Shown here piece after piece: positions 12,578 to 25,184 of a DNA stretch of 64,000 nucleotides. The notes under the pieces were generated by a model that worked only from the letters and a program-made list of their open reading frames with translations, had not been told where the DNA came from and ran no database searches. Both the position numbers and the translations under genes were made by a program. Origin of the DNA: Octopus vulgaris (Eukaryota); assembly GCA_951406725.2 (NCBI GenBank), contig OX597824.1:19778001-19842000 (forward strand), written 5' to 3'. Each line of letters opens with the position of its first letter. The first letter of the stretch is position 1.

Positions 12578-12921
12578 TGTGCCCCTCTGCGCGATTCTTT
12601 CTGTCCTGTCTGTGAATGTCACATCTGTTGATAAGCCATGGTTTTTAATAACCCCGGGCCTAATGGGTGACTGTTTGCTGGCTCAGTTGGTATTTTCTCT
12701 CCTATTGTGTCAGTCCATAACTTTAACCTAGATAACATTTTGAAAGTTTTGTGTGTGTGTGTGTGTGTGTGTGCATATATATATGTACATATACACACAC
12801 ATACAATGTTTGTGTAAAAAATTTTTTTTGTTATCTACATATCTATCTATGCATTTAAACACACACATACATGTGTATGTATGTGTGCATGTATTTATAT
12901 ATATGTTAATGTGTTAATGTG

Positions 12922-12955
<34 letters not shown>

Positions 12956-12968
12956 TATATGAGTGTGG

Positions 12969-13001
<33 letters not shown>

Positions 13002-13015
13002 CATTATATACATTA

Positions 13016-13068
13016 GTCCAACCCATGCTAGCATGGAAAACGGACGCTAAACGACGATGATGATGATG
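13016..13068 (+). mobile_element. 5'-truncated (ATG)n-tailed retroposon end flanked by a 40-bp duplication
   Basis: GTCCAACCCATGCTAGCATGGAAAACGGACGCTAAACGACGATGATG; identical 40-mers at 12954-12993 and 13069-13108. Confidence 0.8.
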
Positions 13069-13118
13069 ATTATATGAGTGTGGGTGTGTGTGTGTGTGTA
13101 TATATATAGATAGATAGA

Positions 13119-13167
<49 letters not shown>

Positions 13168-13890
13168 CATCTTCATTACTGTCTTAACCAAACTCTCATT
13201 ACTTCCAGTATCAGCAGTTTGATGCTTATTCAAGTCCTAAGGTTTATTCTTTGGTGTGGCCATACAGAATTTTCCATGTTGATCCTATATATATATATAT
13301 ATATATATAATGTGTGTGTTAATTCGTGAGTGCTTGTTAGCTCCTCGTCTGTTTCATTTCATCTACTACAAATTTTTTTTTTGTTTGTTTTTAATGTATT
13401 TTGGTGTGTGTGAGGAGAGGATGTGGGTACATTCACCATCCCTGCTAAAACAACTCTGCACACACACAAACTCACACACATGCATACATTCGCTGTGGAC
13501 ACAGTACACCGTTTAGCTGATGATGTAAAAGGTCAACCTCCTTAATATATATATATATATATACTTCACATCGTTTTTATTTTTATTTTTTTTCTTCTTC
13601 CACCCTAACATGGATTGGATTTTGTTGTATGTGTGTGAGTGGGACAGAAGAAACAAACGCTAAAGGCCGTAGGGCAGGTTGTTTGCCAGTTCTGGTTTTA
13701 AACTGAGAAAATCATGATATAACGTCTGTTGGTCTGTTATTTAAACATCCCAAGTCAGCTATCGGATATTCCAGTTATGACCATCCCGTCTTATTGTATA
13801 TATCAAGTAATACATTGTCCAGTGTAGACTTTGCGTATTTTAGGACAACAGTGTTCCTTGGTGCAAATTTGCCCACTATTTCCCTGCTTA

Positions 13891-14163
13891 GTGACTCCCA
13901 CTCAGATTCTTGTGACTCCCACTCAGACTCTTGTGACTCCCACTCAGACTCCTGTGACTCCCACTCAGACTCTTGTGACTCCCACTCAGACTCTCGTGAC
14001 TCCCACTCAGACTCTCGCGACTCCCACTCAGACTCTCGCGACTCCCACTCAGACTCTCGCGACTCCCACTCAGACTCTCGCGACTCCCACTCAGACTCTC
14101 GCGACTCCCACTCAGACTCTCACGACTCCCACTCAGACTCTTGCGACTCCCGCTTAGACTCTC
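13891..14163. repeat. 21-bp GC-rich minisatellite, 13 units
   Basis: Unit G(T/C)GACTCCCACTCAGACTCT(T/C) with exact 21-bp period. Confidence 0.97.
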
Positions 14164-14291
14164 ATGTTAGTTGTATCATGTAGCTTTTTTTCGCCAGTGA
14201 TTTGTGGTTTATTCAAATGATGTTTATAACCATTACATTCTTAGATCTGCATGAACACCACAGCCCTGTCTCTTAATGGATATGAGATTAA

Positions 14292-14513
14292 CCTTTTCGT
14301 TACCATATTTATTTTGAGATGCTCTATGTTTCTCTCAATTAATTTTAGATATAACAAAGAATTTAGTAAAATAATTTAGTTATCATTAAGCTAGTTTTAG
14401 GAACATAAAATGTGACTTAGGTTTGGTGGAAGATTTTAATTCAAGACTTACGAAAACAAAACGTTTGTACTACAGAGCCAGAACTGGTTTCAGCTGGCTT
14501 GATATCAAAATGG
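14292..14513 (+). mobile_element. piggyBac-type MITE, family A
   Basis: TTAA|CCTTTTCGTTACC ... GATATCAAAATGG|TTAA. Confidence 0.85.
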
Positions 14514-14621
14514 TTAATGTGGGTGACCAATTTTCTTACACATACACACACACACACACTTAGAAAATGATTGCTCTGGTAGCAATGGGTTTCAAGCTAC
14601 ATGGCTGGAAGGATTGATTCT

Positions 14622-14920
14622 CAATGGCTCTCAACCATTATTTTTTTTACCTGTAGACCTTTGTGATTCCTGCTCTTTTCAGGTGAGCCCTCCTATCCAT
14701 TCGAGTTTTTAAAAGTCCTAGTTTTATAATTAAATATTATGAGGAATTGTATAAAATAAAGTACATTGTTTCAATATTTTACATATTGTAGAAGTATAAG
14801 CAATTAACAATTAACTTTAACGAAATTTGATATTAATTAACCCCAAGGTTCATATGGACTCCAAAAACAAAATTTTATATTAACCGCAATGTTTATATGG
14901 ACCCCAGTTGAGAACTACTA
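14622..14920. mobile_element. hAT (Charlie-like) MITE
   Basis: Degenerate TIRs CAATGGCTCTCAACC ... AGTTGAGAACTACTA, resembling CAGTGGTTCTCAACC; subterminal GGACCCC motifs. Confidence 0.6.
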
Positions 14921-15067
14921 TCCTTAACCCATTTGATACTTACCTGCCTGAGACTGGCCCTGATTCTATGGTACGAACTTCTTGTTTTAAAATGATCTAA
15001 ATTAAAAGCTATCAAAACTTCAGGTTAACTTGTGACCCAAACAATTCTTTCGCTAAATTCTTCAGTT

Positions 15068-15466
15068 AGGTATGGCTGTGTGGTAAGAAGCTTGCTTTCC
15101 AACCACATGGTTCCAGGTTCAGTCCCACTGCGTGGCACCTTGGGCAAGTGTCTTCTACTATAGCCTTGGGTCGACCGAAGCCTTGTGACTGGATTTGGTA
15201 GAGAGAAACTGAAAGAAGCCCGTTGTATACATACGTGTATGTATGTATATATATACACACACACACGATGTATGTATTTGTGTCTGTGTTTGTCCTCCCT
15301 ACCATCGCTTAACAACTGATGTTGGTGTGTTTATCTCCTCGAAACTTAGCAGTTCAGCAAAAGAGACCGATAGAATAAGTACTAGGCTTACAAAGAATAA
15401 GTCCTGGGATCGATTTCTTCCACTAAAGGCAGTGCTCCAGCATGGCCACAGCCAAATGACTAAAAG
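15068..15466 (+). mobile_element. SINE family 1, near full length
   Basis: GGCTGTGTGGTAAGAAGCTTGCTTTCCAACCACATGGTTCCAGGTTCAGTCCCACTG head; body and tail as in other copies. Confidence 0.85.
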
Positions 15467-16432
15467 GAACATGGTGACTAAAAGGTTAGATGGAGCATTC
15501 GTCCCAGTTTCCATTTTAACTTGGGATTATATCGTTTCACTGATTGCCCCCTAATTACCCTTGGTCAAATGTGTCCCCACTTAACCCCCTAAAATTTCCT
15601 GAGCTTTCAACATCTCTGTAAGAAACGGCCACCACCGAGAGTTGGCGCTGTGGACAATGCATTGTGGTATATAGTTTGTTACCACATGATTACAGGGATG
15701 GATATTCAAGTTCAAATCCCACTCAGAGCAATTGGGCCTGGGATCCATTAATTACACATGCATCCCACTCTTCCCTCGTGTTCCTGTCCCCACAAGGTCC
15801 TCGACTTTGTGTTAAAAGCTGCCATTATGTTGGAATTATCTCTGTTGGACACTAAAAAATTTTTTTCTTGAAATCTTCCTCTACCCCTACACACACACAC
15901 GCTTGCATTTCCTTAATAACTTCAACTCGAAATGACAAAGTCTTCAAGACTTTTTTTTTATTATTGTTGTTGTTGTTGTTATTCATTTAGAAGAGAGGAA
16001 TACTAGGGTGCAGTGGGGGGTAGGGTGGAGGGTGGGGTTAAAATATGTGTTTTTGCCCCCCCCCCCCCCCGCCACGTCCACCGCCAACACCTCCACTACC
16101 ACCACCACCACCACCACTTGTCTCTAGTTCTCTCACTCTTTACAAATATTGCCCGTGGGGTTAGGGGCTGATTCAGAAATTTGGTGTGAAGATTCTCTTT
16201 CTGAGAAGAAAAGAAGAAAAAAAAACAGTAAAAAAAGCTTAATGTATTTCTGTTTTTTTTTTTTTATTTATCACCATTGATTGTCTCCTGCCCCTTCTCC
16301 CCCTGTTCTCTTTTTGTCTATCTCTCTTTCTTGTTCTATCTCTCTGTCCTCCTCCTCCTCATGCCCTTCTTTCTATTTCATCATCTCCTCCTCTTCCTCC
16401 CTTACATCCAACTTCAAATAAATTTCCTCCCT

Positions 16433-16465
<33 letters not shown>

Positions 16466-16811
16466 CTGGCATCTGTTCCCTTCTTCCTTCTCTTCTCCTC
16501 CTCCTTCACCTCCCTCACACTCACTGATTGAGTATATCTCTTAAGTGGCTTACAAGCTAATAATCTTAGAAAAATAGGAAGCAATTTGCTGTGTATTTGG
16601 AAACCATAGATCCTGTAATACACTTAGTTCCAGTGTGTGGACAATGGCCAGGAAACATGGGTCTACAGCCACTCTCTCTCTCTCTCTCTCCCTCCCCATT
16701 TATATCTATCTTTCTGCTTCCTTCAACTCGTCCCTTCTTCCCCACCACTCTATATATCTAATTTCATCTAAATCTATATTGTTTGTATTGTCTCCTCTCT
16801 CTCCATCCTCT

Positions 16812-16827
16812 TTATATATACATATAT

Positions 16828-16886
<59 letters not shown>

Positions 16887-16963
16887 TATATACATACATA
16901 CATACACACACACATATATATACATACATACACACACATATATACATACATACATACACATAC

Positions 16964-16996
<33 letters not shown>

Positions 16997-17079
16997 TATA
17001 TATATACATACATACACACATACATATATATACATACACACACATATATATATACATACATACACACATACATATATAT

Positions 17080-17121
<42 letters not shown>

Positions 17122-17219
17122 ACACACACACACATATGTATATATATATATACACATATATATATATATATATACATACATATATATACATATATATATG
17201 TATATATATATATACATAC

Positions 17220-17252
<33 letters not shown>

Positions 17253-17255
17253 ACA
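16812..17255. repeat. Compound (TA)n/(CA)n/(TACA)n microsatellite
   Basis: Directly visible. Confidence 0.95.
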
Positions 17256-17694
17256 CTTATTTTCAGGCAGTATTATCCCCCTATATACAATGTCCCCTCT
17301 TTTCACACACACACAGGCTTCAATATCTACGATTGCTGTGTGTTGTTTGCTTTGGGTACATTAGCTGTGTTAACAGCTACAAATCTGTTGTTAATATTAA
17401 GCATTGCACAACCGGGGAAAGAAAGTCGGGATGAGAGCTTTAAGAACCTCGGTTTTAGGCAACGAACAAGATAAAAAAAAAAAAACCCTTAATAGGGAGA
17501 GTGGACACACGAGATGTGGTGAGCAGGAGCGGTGCAGAAGAACATGGTGTGGTGGGGGTTGGTTCGGCCGGCGGAGGGGGCAGGAGAGATGTTTTAACCA
17601 CTAGCTACCCACTAAATAATTACCTCGTTTCAGAATGCTTTATGGTGGTTGTGTGATGGTTGTTGTCATAGTTACCAACGTAATGATGGTCTTG

Positions 17695-17920
17695 TTCTTG
17701 TTGTTTAGCCCTGGGTCATCTCTGATCAAGCAGATCTATGATCAAAGGCAATCCAGGGTTTTGAACACATTCACCTCCTGTTTATTTTTTTTTTTTTTTT
17801 TTTTTTGTTGTTGTTGTTGTTCCTCAAGTTGGTAGTGTACCCTGCATTACATTGCTTCTTTTCTCTTAAAGATAGAAAGAAACGGTAATGGACCGAGGGA
17901 GATTAGGCTGCTATTTCTAG
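17695..17920 (+). repeat. Old dispersed repeat family (TTGTTTAGCCCTGGGTCA...CTATGATCAAAGGCA...GGCTGCTATTTCTAG)
   Basis: Diverged copies at ~13770-13890, 18120-18305 (-), 20840-20990 (-), 23460-23670, 43045-43200 (-), 44940-45240 (-), 57980-58640 (several heads) and 61295-61775 (-). Confidence 0.5.
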
Positions 17921-18347
17921 GTTTTTATTAATGGCTTCAGAATGTTATATTCGTTGCTGATAGAGTTGTAACTGGTGATGAACAAATGAACGTATTTTGC
18001 TAAATTATTTATTTCTCCATCACCACTTTATCATCATCATCATCAATATATTATTTCCATTTGTTGCATATCATTGATACTCTCTCTCTCTCTCTCTCTT
18101 TTGTGACAATCGTAATAACGGTAGCTGTTAGAAAAATATCGGCCATATTTCTTCGAATCACACTTCGCCATTTTTAAAAGAAGAAAAAGGGAAAAGCGGC
18201 ATTATATAACGTAGTCTTCGTTATACAAACCAATGGAATAGGCATGGCCGGAACACCTTTGATTATTATGTCTGCTTAGCCAGAGCTGACATAGGATTAA
18301 ACAGCAATAGCATCAACTGTTAAGAATCTATCATTGTGTGTGTATGT

Positions 18348-18390
<43 letters not shown>

Positions 18391-18393
<3 letters not shown>

Positions 18394-18614
18394 GTGACTG
18401 CGTGTGTACGGTTGGCGATTTTTTTTTTTTTTTTTTTTTCCCTCTGTCTTCCCTTCTCTGGATCTTTCCATCCCCTATGTTTCCGACGAAGAGCTCCACT
18501 TGAAACGTTAAACCCTCCTTCTTTCCTTCTTTCCTGAGCGTCCAATAATACTATATTTGTTCCATGTCCTCGCGTTGTTGTGTTTTTTTGTGCTTTCTTG
18601 TTTGGATTAACTTT
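18391..18614 (+). mobile_element. Probable Penelope-like pseudo-LTR fragment with a degenerate minimal hammerhead
   Basis: Flanked on both sides by (TA)n; 18479-18513 reads GUUU-CCGACGA-A-GAGC-UCC-ACUU-GAA-ACGU-U-AAAC. Confidence 0.5.
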
Positions 18615-18751
18615 ATATATATATATATAATATAAATCTCTGAGCGAGGTAGTGTGTCAATAACCAGCTGGAGGAAATGTCTTCCTGGGGCTACAAGCTA
18701 CAGTAACATCGACCCTTAAGGGTTAGCCACATTTAGGTAGCAAATATATAT

Positions 18752-19070
18752 CATCATCATCATCATCATTTAACGTCTGTTTTCCATGCTGGCATGAGTT
18801 GGACAGTTCAACTGGGGTCTGGGAAGCCAGGAGGCTGCACTAGGCTCCAGTCTGATCTGGTGGTGTTTCTACTGCTGGATGCCCTTCCTAACGCCAACCA
18901 CTCCATGAGTGCAGTGGGTGCCTTTTATGTGGCACAGGGACCAGAGGAGGCTGGCAACAATTATGATCGGTTGGTGCTTTTTATATCCTACCGGCACAGA
19001 AGCGAATCAAGCCAGTGCTGGAATCAGCGGTGTTTAGATGGTGCTCTTTTACGTGCCAGTACTACAATTT
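18752..19070 (-). mobile_element. (ATG)n-tailed retroposon family (SINE-like, RTE-type tail)
   Basis: (CAT)n-TTAACGTCTGTTTTCCATGCTGGCATG...GGATGCCCTTCCTAACGCCAACCACTC, with repeated GGTGC.TTTTA.GTG.CA modules. Confidence 0.8.
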
Positions 19071-19414
19071 CCATTTGATTTTGATGTACTTGACTCAGTA
19101 GGTCTCCTGAAGTACAGGAGGTCTCTGTGATCAGGTTCCAATGGGATACTGGTGTTCTGCATTGGCAAGATTTATATTATGTGTTAAACTCAATAAAAAG
19201 GGTACAGTGAACTTGCTGTGAAGGGTGGAAAATCCAACATTTCAAACACAACCCTTCTTCAAGGAAGAAGTTGAAAGGAGAGAAAATTAAAATGATGTTG
19301 TACTATCGATTAATACTAATTACGATCTAGGAATGTGATCTCAAATTTGCACTTACTTCAGTCAGCTAATTGCTAATTAGCATGGAAAGGCATGACCACT
19401 ACATAGTAAATCCC

Positions 19415-19658
19415 CTCTTGCCTCCTAGGACTCATCGGGGCTGCTTACCCGGTTTCCATGTCCTATAAGTAACCAAGATCACAACACATCCACTGAACAG
19501 GATGTTGCGGAGTTATCCTTTTACGGCTGAGTGAACTGGAGCAATGTGAAATGAAATGACTTGCTTAAGAACACAATGTACCACCAGAAATCAAAAGCCT
19601 AATCTTGCAATTATGAGTGCAACACCCTGAGCACAAGGTCACAGGTCACATGCCTTCG
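19415..19658 (-). mobile_element. Diverged tRNA-derived SINE related to 38981-39236
   Basis: CCCGGTTTC...GCTGAGTGAACTGGAGCAATGTGAAATGAAATGACTTGCTTAAGAACACAATG is the reverse complement of the 39060-39115 core. Confidence 0.6.
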
Positions 19659-19967
19659 TGACCACTATGTACTTCCATATAAATAAACAATACCCCTAAT
19701 CTATTCCTTCGTTCTTTCAGTAATCTGGAATTTATAATTACTCTGCCAAATATTCTTGTTTCTCTCTTTCTCTCTCTCTTTTTTCCCATGTACCACCAAC
19801 ATTTCTTTAACAAAAGTCCAGATTTAGTTTATTATATAAAGGACTATTAAAATAGTTTTATTATAATCAGTAATTCTTAATAGCAACAACTATTGATAGA
19901 ATTTCTAAAAGATAACAAATCTTGGTCGAAAATATGCTCAACGAAGTCTGGCTTTTATAGACTTTTA

Positions 19968-20078
19968 ATATTTATATATATATATATTTATATATATATA
20001 TATTTATATATATATATATATTTATTTATATATATATATATTTATTTATATATATATATATTTATTTATATATATATA

Positions 20079-20152
<74 letters not shown>
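19968..20152. repeat. (TA)n tract with periodic TTTATT interruptions
   Basis: Directly visible ~20-bp periodicity before a pure (TA)n run. Confidence 0.9.
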
Positions 20153-20159
<7 letters not shown>

Positions 20160-20418
20160 GTATGTATGTATTATACATGCGTACAGAGTAGATGGCAATC
20201 TTAGATTTTTTCTGAACAGGCTTACTATTGTAGCCTAAAAAACAGCTTATATCTTTTATCCCTCTCCTCACTCTCCCTCATTTTCCATTTACTGTCTTAA
20301 ACAGTATGTGCACCACTATACTGGGGCCTATACCACATTTCATGGTGTTGAGTAATTTTGACCAGGATTTTCAAGCTCAGAATTTGTTTGTAGCTGAAGA
20401 TATTATATTCTCTAGAGA

Positions 20419-20745
20419 CATCATCATCATCATCGTTTAACGTCCGTTTTCCATGCTAGCATGGGATGGACGGTTCGACCAGGGTCTGGGAAGCCAGGAA
20501 GGAGGCTGCACCAGGCGCCAGTCTGATCTGACAGTGTTTCTACAGCTGGATGCCCTTCCTAACGCCAACCACTCTGTGTGAGTGTACTGGGTGCTTTTTA
20601 TGTGCCACCAGCACAAGGGCCAGAGGAGGTTGGCAAACAGCCACGATCGGTTGGTGCTTTTACATGTCACCAACACAGACGCTAGCCAGGCGGCCCTGGT
20701 GTCTCCACGTTCGGCCGGTGCTTTTAACTTGTCACTGGCACGGGT
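20419..20745 (-). mobile_element. (ATG)n-tailed retroposon family
   Basis: Highly similar to 18752-19070 and to the reverse complement of 51395-51735. Confidence 0.85.
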
Positions 20746-21273
20746 ATGCTTTAATATGGATTTAATTGTATGTAGTTGTTTGAAAGCTGGACCTATAGAA
20801 GGGCTTTTTTTTTGGTTGCTCAAATCGATTAGAGTTAGACCAAATCTCCTTCAAATTCACACCATATCGTCTTATTGATCTTGTCTGTGGGGTGGGGGAC
20901 ACAATGACAGGCTGGTCACAGCTGGATTATCTTTGATCAAAAGCCTGCTCAATCAGGACTGACCTGGATGAGAACTAACAAATCAACAGCATAAGAAAGT
21001 CTCAAACATTTTCTTACAGAAATGTAAATAGCAGGGCCAAATGTTCACCTTATAATTTCTTTTCGTCTGTTTAATTAGTCTTTTGCTCTCTAATTACCAT
21101 ATTTCTATTGGAACACATTGTTTTGGTTTCACTTAATTTCGAAAATATTCTAACCTGTATATAGCTGACCTCTATAAACAGGCCACTTTCTACAAAAGTA
21201 TAAGACATATTGCATTAATATACTGTGTCACAGAATGGCTTTCACTGAGATGTGTGTATATATATATATATAT

Positions 21274-21655
21274 ATTAGCAGTATCGCCCGGCATTGCTCG
21301 GATTTGTTTTGACCCTTTAGAATTGGAATTTTTGAAAAGTAAAAATTTTGCATTATGTAGCTTGTTATTCTCTTTAAGTGAAGATTTTTCTGGTTGAAAT
21401 TCACTGAAAAATTGCGACAGCAGTCAAAAAATTATAAAAAATAGGGATTTTCATAGAAAAAAGGCACCTTTTTTATGTAAATAATTTTTGGTTTTAACAT
21501 GGTCCGATTTGAATTTTTTCTTCTACGCAATGAAGAGCAAGCCTTCTTCTATCATACTTTCAATTTTGGTCAACTCGCACCACAGGGTCTCGGAGGAGAT
21601 AGTGTTAGTTGAAGGCTACCAAACCTTCCACACAGACAACTTTAGCTTATATATA
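21274..21655 (+). mobile_element. Non-autonomous Helitron/Helentron-like element, copy 1
   Basis: Starts ATTAGCAGTATCGCCCGGCATTGCTCGG (5' hairpin), ends ACAGACAACTTTAGCTTATATATA, inserted in (TA)n; near-identical inverted copy at 31711-32104. Superfamily call is inference. Confidence 0.6.
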
Positions 21656-21889
21656 TATGTTGTAATGTCTTATTGTATGGAAATTTTTTTTAAATGCATT
21701 TTTTTTTCGAAATACATTTTCCTAACCATTTTATTTTGTGAGTCATCATTTAATGCATGTAGAGATATAATTAGGATTAATTAATTGCATGTTAATCCCT
21801 AATCAATTGATTCTTGGTTGTTTTCATGGCACACTGTAGATGAAGTGGATATAAAAGAAAATAAGGAATTACTAGCATGCTTTGTGCTT

Positions 21890-22035
21890 TTATCTTATTC
21901 CTTGTTCCAGTTTTTGGACTGCAGTCATGCTGGGTACTGCTCTGAAGAGCTTTGTCAATCAAATGTACCCTCTTTTGCCAAACTGCTTTATGGGGTTGTA
22001 AACAAACCAACACTGGCTGTCAGGCAATAGTGAGT
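21890..22035 (-). mobile_element. 3' fragment of SINE family 1
   Basis: GACTGCAGTCATGCTGGG...CTCTTTTGCCAAACTGC...GTAAACAAACCAACACTGGCTGTCAGGC. Confidence 0.5.
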
Positions 22036-22135
22036 GTGTAGAGAGGGAGGACACAGACATGCATGGACACAAAAGCACAGATATATGTACTTATACACAC
22101 ATGCACTATTGCTTGCCTTGTTCTTATTAATCATT

Positions 22136-22403
22136 TGGCTGCGAGGTTACCGTGGTCTTTTCCGTAGGCTTTTCTTTCTGCGGATAAACCTTATCTGCTT
22201 CCCCCTTTACACTTTACGTCATGATATTTCTGTGATACACGATCCCTATTGATCGTTTTTTTTTTTCCTTTCCTTTTTACAATCCCTTTTGATCGAAAAC
22301 CTACCCAATTTTTTTTTTTTTTTTGTTCTCCCCAAAAAGAAAAGCTCTACTTTGTAAATTATCCCGTCTATGTTCAACTCTGTGTGGCTAATATAGAAAC
22401 ATA
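22136..22403 (+). mobile_element. Probable LINE 3'UTR fragment
   Basis: Pyrimidine-rich body ending GAAAAGCTCTACTTTGTAAATTATCCCGTCTATGTTCAACTCTGTGTGGCTAATATAGAAACATA, resembling the SINE family 2 tail. Confidence 0.4.
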
Positions 22404-22816
22404 ATAAAATTATTTTCCAAGATGCTTTGTACAGATTTGCTAAAGACATGGATTATATTTTTTAAGAATGTATTTAGAAACCACTGGTTTAATAGCTGTG
22501 TTTGCATACAACCCTTTTCATACCAACCTTCTTGAAACCTACTTTTGGTGCTCTGTTAAAAAAATTCCCTAAATTATAAACCTTCTACGATAATTTCATG
22601 TTGATTATTATTCCAAACACCAGCTTAATAATGGCAAAATTGTTTTAATAAATTCTTCATAATTTTTAAAATTAAAACAAAGAAATATAATTTAACATTT
22701 GGTCGCAAAAGAGTAAATATATATTTAATATAATTGCTCAGTAGTTGTTGTAGTGAAAAATAAATTTAACACCTTTACACAGCGTAAAGTTCTGTTCACC
22801 TGGAATATTAAATTAA

Positions 22817-23039
22817 CCCCCTTAGCATTCAGACTTCTTTGTCAAATATAATGCTAACTTATTCACATTGTTTTGAATTAATCATTCGCTACCTTGCAGC
22901 TTTGAGATTTCAATGATGTGGTTGTCTATATATTTAAAATGGTATTGTACGGTAGGTACAAATCGCTGGATCAGGGCAGTTTTATCATAAAAAGGGTCAA
23001 ATATTTGGGCTGGATATGACCAGATTAAATGCTAAAGGG
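22817..23039 (+). mobile_element. piggyBac-type MITE, family B
   Basis: TTAA|CCCCCTTAGCATT ... AATGCTAAAGGG TIRs; its 5' part recurs at 63796 and 63938. Confidence 0.75.
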
Positions 23040-23045
23040 TCGAAG

Positions 23046-23408
23046 TAGAGGTTCTCAACCGGGGTTCATGTGGCCCCTGAGGGTCTATATAAGATTTTGG
23101 GTGGGGGTGAGGGGTCCATGCAACAAAATAGTGAATTGGGCATTCACAATAGTATTTAAGGGCCCCTGAAAAATTTTTGCTTTAGGGTATGTATTGGTAT
23201 GTATTACAAGAAACAGCTGGGTTTCTTTCTCTGATGTTTTGCATAGTTCACCCCTACATGAGTTAATATGGGGGGAAACAAAGCAGGAATTTCAAAAGAA
23301 ATATCTATAAAACTAGTTTTTTTAAACCGTCGAATAGCTATAGGGGTCCACCAGAATAAAAGGAGTAATCAAAGGGGTCCATTGATAAAAAATGTTTGAG
23401 AACCACCA
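23046..23408. mobile_element. hAT (Charlie-like) MITE
   Basis: TIRs TAGAGGTTCTCAACC ... TTTGAGAACCACCA; repeated GGGGTCCA subterminal motifs. Confidence 0.7.
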
Positions 23409-24142
23409 GGCTACACTATATCATTCATGAGATGTGAAGATATTCAGAAAACAGTTACTGTTATTTTAACCACAGGTTAACTCAGATTGAGCAGGCCTGC
23501 AAACAAATGCATTCTAACTCTGACCGCCTGGTCCTCTTCTTTTCTTTTTTGCATAAATTATCGCTATATATAGCCCACTGTGCTCCTCCTCTTCTTCTGA
23601 AACCACGTTCTGCAATTTGAGAGAGATTTGGCTGCTATCTCTAGCTTGTTGAATGACCGCATAGAATGCGCTGCATTGAGATGATGTTCAGTGGATGGTC
23701 ATTAACAATGCATTCGATCTATGGTTTATGTTTAATAGACAGCCTCCCCATACAAGAGGACTGACTCATCTATATGATAGGGTGATGCTGTGCGTGGCAT
23801 TGTCGTTAATCCTTTTTAAATAAACTTTTGCATCATGCACGCCAATACATGCACACAAACACGCACACACATGCATTCATATATACACACACATACACAA
23901 AATGCATATATATATATATATATATACACACACATGTAAATGCATATATACACACACACACATGTAAATGCATATAGTGTGTATGTATGTATATATATAT
24001 ATATATATGGGTATATATATATATATGGGTATATATATATATGTGGGTATATATATATATATATATAATATAGACACGCATGTAAATGTATATATATATA
24101 TATATATATATGGGTATATATATAATATAGACACGCATGTAA

Positions 24143-24217
<75 letters not shown>

Positions 24218-24905
24218 ATATTTATGCATGATATGGACAAGGGTTGTTAAACTGCCTCGATATTTTTGGCAACCTCCTTCCATGTTTAAAATAAATTTTC
24301 TGTATGTTTTTTTTTTTTGTGGTTGTTTTTTTGTTTTTGTTTTTTTTTGTTGTAGTTTTCTATTTTTCTCTTTATCCATATCAGAAGCTAAATCCCGATA
24401 AAATGTATTTAAAAACACAGGAAATAATAGCAAAAATAAATATGTAATAAACAAAAACGAAATTTGTTTGATGTCAAGTTTAGCAAAATGTACTTATAGA
24501 CGACAAATAGTTAGGTAACATTCTTGCATCATACACATACACACATACTACACATGTACCTGTGTAATATTAGTTTCTACATGTTGGACAGCATTACCTA
24601 TCTCTCTCAAGTCTACCTTTTTTAGTTTTTTCTTCACTTTTCCTTTTATTTTTTATTTTTCGCTTTTTTTTTTTTGTGACGTAAAAAATTTTGAATATTT
24701 TTTTTTTTTTTTATGTCGGGTCAGAGTGAAGTTTGAACCATTTGTCAGGTTTTGACGTGAAAGCACTCGAAACAGGAATTGATAACGGATTGTCTTTTTG
24801 TAAAGTGGCCACACATTTATATATGTGTAGGTGTGTATGGATGTGTGTGTGTTTATTTATCTACTTGGCTACCTGTATGAAAATGAGGTATAGATTTAGT
24901 ACTTT

Positions 24906-24942
<37 letters not shown>

Positions 24943-25184
24943 GCACACACACAAAGGCTGAGTAATATGCTTTTTTTATTAAAATTGCAAATACATCACA
25001 AAAATACTGCTACTCAGAGTTTCACATTTCCGTTCGTTGGGAAGTTGTGATCAAAATAAATAAATTACAGGTAATTTGATGCCAAATGCCTTAAGGTGAT
25101 AGATACCTACAACAAGTACTCAGGATAAATTTATGCCCGAATCTCAAACTTTAAATATTAGGGTGCAATAGCTGCCTAAAATAA

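Noticed and set aside
9039-17474. Long ORFs of 100-279 aa rich in Y/I/C/V/H/T (also at 23816-24454, 47757-51014 and 55862-56240)
   Set aside because: They are translations of (TA)n/(TG)n/(CA)n microsatellites, open in several overlapping frames on both strands, with no domain signal.
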